NCBI GenBank assembly: GCA_951406725.2
Contig: OX597816.1
Coordinates: 27,714,001 to 27,778,000 of the forward strand
Origin: Octopus vulgaris
Lineage: Eukaryota
Length of the DNA: 64,000 nt
Reading direction: 5' to 3'
The position numbers and the translations under genes were made by a program. Each line of letters opens with the position of its first letter. Position 1 is the stretch's first letter. Below, in pieces: positions 56,183 through 64,000 of this stretch. Under the pieces are notes generated by a model that made no database searches, had not been told where the DNA came from, and worked only from the letters and a program-made list of their open reading frames with translations.

Positions 56183-57144
56183 CACTAAAGTATGGTCATA
56201 GAGTGACCAATGGTTTCGCATCCAAGAAACCCGCAGCCTTATGGACAGATCATCAGACTCAATACAAAGACAAATTTAACTTTTCACCTCGCGGAGAAAT
56301 GCTACGGTGTATTGGTCAAACGGCCATCAAACAAAAAGAAAAATCGATAGTGAGGACGGATTGTCTCCCCTGGACCAGTGATTGATTTGGAAGTGTGGGG
56401 GGGGGGGATCTATTTCGAAAGGGCTCTAATATCCTAATCAGCGAATGGAGAATCCAATTTTGCAGGACTTTATTAGGCTCGTAAGAGACCTTATCAAATA
56501 AATCCCCACTTCAAATTAATCGTTGGCCCAGGGGAGACAACCAGTCCTCACCAATGTTTTTTTCTCTGATGGCCGTTTCACCAATTCACCGTAGCGTTTC
56601 TCCGCCTCCGCGAGATGAAGAGTTAAATTTTTCTTTTTACAGAGTCTGATAAGAGTTCAGAAGGCTGTGGCTTTCGCGGATGCGAAACCATTGGTCACTC
56701 TATGACAAGACTTTAACTGGATCTATTCGGTTTGAACGGCAGTTTTTTAAAATAATTTCCACGTAACTAAACACTTTTAAACTTCGTATACTGGTAGAAT
56801 GTGTTTATAAAACATCTTTTTCTCTTGGCTTTATTGAGAAACTTTGTTGTTTTTTTCCTTCAATTTCTGCAATTTTAACCAATCAGTGACGTCTATTGAG
56901 GTGAAAACATTCTGTGCCGTATGAATATGTCCCTCGTTTAAGAAACAGATTGGGTTTATTTACATTTGTGAAGAGAAAAAGATACCCTGCCCCCATCCCT
57001 AACCCTAACCCTAACTAACCCTAACCCTAAAACAGATTGAAATGCAATAGATCGATACTAGGGTCATAATTATGGGTGACAATTTCATATGACACCGCTA
57101 GAAAAACTGCCGTTCAAACTGAAAAGATCGCTTTAACTTTAGTG
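56183..57144. mobile_element. Foldback DNA element with ~220-bp imperfect TIRs and CACTA...TAGTG termini; MITE copy 3 is nested in its right end
   Basis: gtcatagagtgaccaatggtttcgcatcc (56195-) is mirrored at -56706. CACTA at 56183 and TAGTG at 57140-57144 are each flanked by AT. Confidence 0.65.
56719..57130 (+). mobile_element. MITE copy 3
   Basis: TSD ctttaact at 56711-56718 and 57131-57138. Confidence 0.88.
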
Positions 57145-57366
57145 ATATTTAAAACTGGCACACCATCGGTTACGATGATGAATGTTCCATTGATCCGACC
57201 AACGGAATAGCCTGCTCGTCAAATTAACGTGCAAGTCACTGAGCACTCCACAAACGCGCGTATCCTTAATGTAGTTCTCAGAGAGATTCAGCGTGACACA
57301 AGATGTGACAAAGGTGGGCCATTAAATTACGAGTACAACTCATTTTTGCCAGCTGAGTGAACTGAT

Positions 57367-57420
57367 CATACATACATACATACATACATACATACATACA
57401 TACATACATACATACATACA

Positions 57421-57454
<34 letters not shown>

Positions 57455-57500
57455 CATACATATATACATACATATATACATACATACATACATACATACA

Positions 57501-57534
<34 letters not shown>

Positions 57535-57580
57535 CATACATATATACATACATACATATATACATACATACATACATACA

Positions 57581-57614
<34 letters not shown>

Positions 57615-57620
57615 CATACC
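57367..57620. repeat. (TACA)n microsatellite
   Basis: Direct inspection. Confidence 0.95.
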
Positions 57621-57716
57621 ATATATGTTTCCCGTGACCAGTGGTGTGAAATGGACGCCCGACGGACTGGTCGGTCAAGGTGATGAAGGTGATATATATA
57701 TATGTACATACATACA

Positions 57717-57770
<54 letters not shown>

Positions 57771-57846
57771 CATATATATGTACATACATATATATACACT
57801 TATATATGTATGTGTATATATATACATATGTATGTACGTATCTAGC

Positions 57847-57885
<39 letters not shown>

Positions 57886-57899
57886 GTGTAGTCGTTTGC

Positions 57900-58600
57900 A
57901 GGAATATAAGAGGTGATTTCTGCGAGCAAATGGAATATTTCTGTTTTCCCTACGTTTTGTGGGCTTCCTGTAAATCAGCGACAGTGATATTTTTTTCCCT
58001 TGCTTCTGGCATGATTTACTACGCCTTTCGTGTATTCTCGTTTCTAGTCGAATACTTTAATACTACAATCGTCTCTCACGTTTACTTCAGTTCGTAGCTA
58101 TTGAGTATGCTTTCTAGTATCGCATGGATGAGAAGATCTAAAAAATTATGCATTGATGTGTGTCCGTGTCCTTGTAATAATTAGTCTTATTAGTTTTTTT
58201 CCTAATTACAAAAATGATTAAAAAAATTGTTTCCTTTCGTTAATTTCCTTTGTAAATTTGATCCATTAATGAATGCCGTTCATTAATTCAAAGAATCTTG
58301 TAGGGTCTTCTTTTTCTTTTATTTCACTTCAGAAATATGAAGCAGCTATCCCTTAGCCAGTTTTCTTTTAAATAGGGATGGAAATACTGCTCAAAAGTAA
58401 ACCCAAATCGGGTATATGTTTTTCTTCTAGGAATCCCATCGTTACTCCTGTTGGCGAAGATTTCTACAAAATTCTTCGGTATCTCTCATAAGATCTGCCT
58501 CATGTTTTGGTGTTGGTGAGAATTGAAGACTATATTCCAAAAGTTTTATTCATCTTTTAATGAGATTTCGTTGTGAGAAATTTATAATTTCTTAGTTTAA
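57900..58600 (-). mobile_element. Highly decayed Penelope-like (Neptune-type) RT region; may extend to ~60900
   Basis: Fragments TMGFLEEK, LMNGIH.WIKFTKE and DTDTHQ..F.SSHP. Confidence 0.5.
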
Positions 58601-59444
58601 AATTAATTAAGTATTTCTTTAAATGTTCGTGTCATTAGTGTTGTATTTTGTTAGCAACTCTGTTCTTTTATAAAAGTTTTTTTTTATCTGTTTTGTCAGT
58701 CATTTGCACACTGCCTTTCCTAGTATTTTGTTTTAAAGAAGGATTCCCAGCTGTTGATATTTCGACAGATACAGTGTAGTGGGCAAGCCCATATACACAC
58801 ACATAAGTGCATATGCGAAACACAAAGACATGCACACACACACACACACACATACACACACACACACACAAACGCATGTGGAGATAAGGATACACATCAT
58901 AGAAGGGCAGAATAGATTAGGTGGAGCAGGGCGAAATGGGACATGTGGATGAAAAAGGACGGTCACAGATGTGTGGCGAAAGATTTCCAGACAATGGACA
59001 AAAGGTAAAATAAGAACTATTGTGCTTATTTTATCTTATGTCATATCCATTGTTTGGAAAACTTTCGTCACACGTCTGTGGTCTCTTCAATAAAGAACGA
59101 GCATATAATGCTTGTGCTTATTTGGCAAAATTTAAAACAAAATGTAACCATAACGAAATATAGCAATAGGATATGTCTAGTATTGTTGGTTTCACATCTT
59201 CCTTGGTATATTAGCTTGCTTTTCATGGATTTATGACTTTTTCTTCAATTTGAAATTTGATTTTGATTCTTCCTTTGTTATGTTTTGGAAGTATTTCTTG
59301 GCGGCTGAGTTTGTTTTGGTATGAATTATTGAGTGTCTGTCCATTTTTTATTACGTTTGCATATGAAAGGTTATGGATTGTCACTTTGATTATTTCTTCA
59401 TTTGACTTGTAAATTATTGCAGCAGGAGTTATTGTTCTTTGTAC

Positions 59445-59860
59445 TACTCTTTTACTCTTTTACTCTTTTACTTGTTTCAGTCATTTGACCGCGGCCATGC
59501 TGGAGCACCGCCTTTAATCGAGCAACTCGACCCCGAGACTTATTCTTTTGTAAGCCCAGTACTTATTCTATCGGTCTCTTTTGCCGAACCCCTAAGTAAT
59601 GTGGACATAAACACACCAGCATCGGTTGTCAAGCAATGCTAGGGGGACAAATACAGACACACAAACATACACACACACACATATATATACATATATACGA
59701 CGGGCTTCTTTCAGTTTCCGTCTACCAAATCCACTCACAAGGCTTTGGTCGGCCCGGGGCTATAGTAGAAGACACTTGCCCAAGGTGCTACGCAGTGGGA
59801 CTGGACCCGGAACCATGTAGTTGGTAAACAAGCTACTTACCACACAGCCACTCCTGTGCT
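59445..59860 (-). mobile_element. SINE family A, full length
   Basis: Reverse complement of the A consensus. Confidence 0.9.
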
Positions 59861-60369
59861 ATTCGCAAGCTACATATTTTAAAGATTTTTTGGTGAGAAA
59901 TTTTTAGTTTTCCCTAATTCTGTTTCGTAATATGTTTCATACTCCCGCAACCGCAAATTTTTCGCTTCAAGTGTTTCTGGTTTCGTTTGGTCTCTTTCTA
60001 CATCGATTTTTCATAAATTTAAAATTGTTCTCGTCTCTTTCATCCATTTGTTCGGTGATTTCTTTCTGCATTGTGACGTCACATTTTTTTAGGTACTCGA
60101 GGTGATTTCTATTTCACTTCAAATATTTCAAGCTCGAGGTTTTTGTGATTTTAGTTTCCTCATTTGGTTTAAATCATTTATCCATGAGACTAAATTTACA
60201 TAGAAAATTTACTCATAGTTTTTCCATTTTTGCTGTGACTTTCAGTTTTTCCTTTCACTATGTCTGTTTTCTTTGATGTAATAATCTGCTTCCTCCTTTT
60301 CTACACTTCGTTCTCCAAATAAATGTCATTACATTCCTTAAATATGTCTTGTGTGTCGGAATGCGCTGT

Positions 60370-60677
60370 TGTTACTGTTTCGTTTGTTCCTTCTCGAGCC
60401 ATGACTGGCTCATAAGGGCCCGGTTTCCCGGTTTCTTGGCGTATAGGTTCCCCACCTGGACGGGACACCCGTCCGTCCGTCGCAGGTGAGCTGCAATATG
60501 CAGGAGGAAAGAGTGAGAGAAAGTTGTAGCGGAAGAGTCGTTATTACCTTCTGCCGGAGCTGTGTGGAGCTTAGGTGTTTCGCTCATAAACACACACATC
60601 GCCCGGTCTGAGATTCGAACTCGCGATTCCTCGACCGTGAGTCCGCTGCTCTAACCACTAGGCCATGTGCCTCCACA
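60370..60677 (-). mobile_element. SINE family B variant (third 3' tail type)
   Basis: B-like head gtggaggcacatggcctagtggttagagcagcggactc..., with a distinct 3' half. Confidence 0.8.
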
Positions 60678-61140
60678 CTGTTATTACTGGTACCAAAATA
60701 GTCGTATTCGGAATTTCTGTAGCTTTGCATTGAGTTTTCATATAGACAAAATTCGACTTTACCTTTGTAAATATGAGTTTGGCCTTCCATTTCCCGAAAA
60801 CCAGGTGTGCATGACCCCTACTTATTTGTGAGTTTCGTCAGTTTATTCGACCGACATTTCTCCAAGATTTCTTCACTTATGTTTAGTTCCGCCGCTGATT
60901 TCGAACTTGTCTGCGAAATTCTGATCTTGTATCAGTTCTTTTATTCGTTATTCTTTCACTTGTTTCAATCATTGGACTGCGGTCATGCTGGAGCACCGCT
61001 TTGAAGGGTTTTAGTCGAACAAATTGAGCCTTAGAATATACTTTCAAGCATAGTACTTATTTTATTGGTCCCTTCCCCTGAACCGCATAGTTACAGAGAC
61101 GTAAAGTCACCAACAAACATCAACTTTTATTATTATATTC

Positions 61141-61208
<68 letters not shown>

Positions 61209-61231
61209 GGAGTAAACACATAAAGCAAAAA

Positions 61232-61269
61232 CTGTCCGATGAACGGCAACGGGAAACTCAGAGTAACAG
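61232..61269 (+). ncRNA. Minimal hammerhead-like motif on an insert between (TA)n tracts
   Basis: ctgt-CCGATGA-acggcaacgg-GAAA-ctc a gagt-a-acag; stem I is intact, stem II is weak. Confidence 0.55.
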
Positions 61270-61302
61270 GTTTTGTTGAATTTTCTGCTGCTTTAAATAA
61301 AG

Positions 61303-61338
<36 letters not shown>

Positions 61339-62470
61339 TATATTGTTTCCGGTATAAATTAATATTAGTAAGAAATATTACCGGGTCCTTGACACATTGC
61401 AAAAAAAAAAAGAAAGAAAAAAGAAAAAAACTACGCCACATCAGATAAATTAAGAAGCACTGCTATAGGGGACATATACTCTTGACTGCTTGTAACAGAA
61501 TGAACTGCAATAAAGACACTCCAGCTGTATTTAGTCGTGTACTCTAGTCTATAGATTAAATCTACAATTCACGGACGCACGAATGAATTTTATTTGACGG
61601 ACTTCCACGTTGATTTCGTCAAGTTTAATTCACATGACTTTGTCCCTGCTGTCAGTTGTAAAAAAAATCAAAAACTCCACGACAACGCGTTTTCTGTGCA
61701 GTTGAATCGAACTCAAAACTACACTGCCATGAATGCGTCAGGAACACGATCTAATGTTTCCGCCCTCTTCATTCGTGATTCGGCTGACATTTATTACTGA
61801 CCGAGTAGCTGGTTGCAGTGTAATATACTATATAGCCATATTGTTGCCTTTTAATCCCATGGCAACCATACCAACCGAACACGCAAATTATCAAAGGTGT
61901 TTCCACCTGTCACTGTAGCATTTTTATTTTTTCAACTATTGACAGCTGATTTATGTCTCAAAGCTTGCCAAACTGTACCCTAAAGATAGCTAGACTGGCA
62001 GTATTCGCAGCTCATTTACATGAATACAGAAAACGTTAATGTTTTTATTTAATAGAAATAATAGCGTTTTTCTAAGGACCTTCTGTATCAATTCACTGCA
62101 ACCGCATATCGACTATTTGCAGGATCTGTAGATTAATGTGCAGCGGGATTTATATCACTCAAAAAACAACAGCAACACGCAAAAATTTATCCCCCAAAGT
62201 CTACAAATATACATTAATATGTGTTTGAAGTTTGAAATTCTCCTCATTTATATAAAATTTTCCACATTTAAAAATAATTGTTCTCATTTAAATATCAATT
62301 TACTCATTTAAATATTAATCTATCTCGTGGTAGTTTAGACGTACAAGTTTATGCGACGATTGTATGAAGTTGAAAGTTAAATAACCATTCATACTATAAA
62401 ACTTAATGAAAATATTTTCTGAGCTTTGCATAGCTTTACATTATATAGATACACACATATCTACCTTCAC

Positions 62471-62547
<77 letters not shown>

Positions 62548-62549
62548 AT

Positions 62550-63083
<534 letters not shown>

Positions 63084-63625
63084 GCCTGTCTGTCTGCCTG
63101 TCTATCACCCTGACTGCCTGTGTGTTTGGCTATCATCTATCAATCTACGTACCAACGACGTATACATCGGTCTGTCTGTCTGTATACATCTGTCTTGCTA
63201 TCCAGTTATATGAACTATATGTCTGTATATCTATGAACTGTTATCTATCTTCCTACACATATACATATACTTACAATAGCACATACATACATACACATAG
63301 GCGCATACATTCATCACAAAGACTCAGCAGACACTCTCACGCACATACGCATGCTTATATACACACACACATATATTTATGAGGTTTGCTACAAGTGAAC
63401 CACTCAAATGTTTGACATTTACTGTGTAAATCATGAAGGCATCTGTTCGATAGGTCGAAACATTTCTCTGTTCTCTGATTCTCAACCTCTTCGTTTGCTA
63501 TCTAGTTTCGCCATTTACTTAGCTTTGGACACATACACTTATACATACATACACTTATACATACATACATGCATACATACATACATACATACATAGATAC
63601 ATACATACATACATAGATACATACA

Positions 63626-63659
<34 letters not shown>

Positions 63660-63876
63660 CATACATGCATACATACGTACAACACACACATACATACAAA
63701 CACATATGCAACCATACATATAGAGTGTCCGTCAGCATAGAACTGTGTGCACATATATACATTTATGCATGTATATATATATATACATATATATGTGTGT
63801 GTGTGTGTATACATATACATATAAATATATATATACATACATACAGTCATACATATGTACATACATACAGACATGC

Positions 63877-63938
<62 letters not shown>

Positions 63939-64000
63939 TGTGTATAAAAATTATACACGAAAGAAAAATCCACTAAGTTTCTTTCCAGCACGCTAGAAAT

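Overview
Eukaryotic, very AT- and microsatellite-rich DNA. The tRNA-derived SINEs and the (TA)n/(TACA)n/(ATCT)n landscape suggest an octopus (cephalopod) genome; this is inference. There is one intact protein-coding gene: a B-type (mAChR-B / gar-1/gar-2-like) muscarinic acetylcholine receptor on the minus strand (18663-21452). Its coding sequence is uninterrupted, it has a ~570-aa third intracellular loop, and a strong splice acceptor lies 254 nt upstream of the ATG. Almost everything else is repeat-derived: three to four SINE families, a full-length dead mariner, Helitron-like elements, MITEs with 8-bp TSDs and telomere-like hexamers, a CACTA-like foldback, LINE scraps, and decayed Penelope-like elements (Naiad- and Neptune-type). 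The most striking non-coding signal is a diverse set of hammerhead-ribozyme (HHR) motifs on short inserts in (TA)n tracts. These include a tandem pair of intact HHRs 404 nt apart (1239-1715, retrozyme-like) and a perfect 60-bp-arm palindrome encoding a complete HHR on each strand (41601-41724). Nearly all other ORFs in the supplied track are microsatellite or SINE translations. All calls were made by eye without searches; boundaries of decayed elements are approximate.
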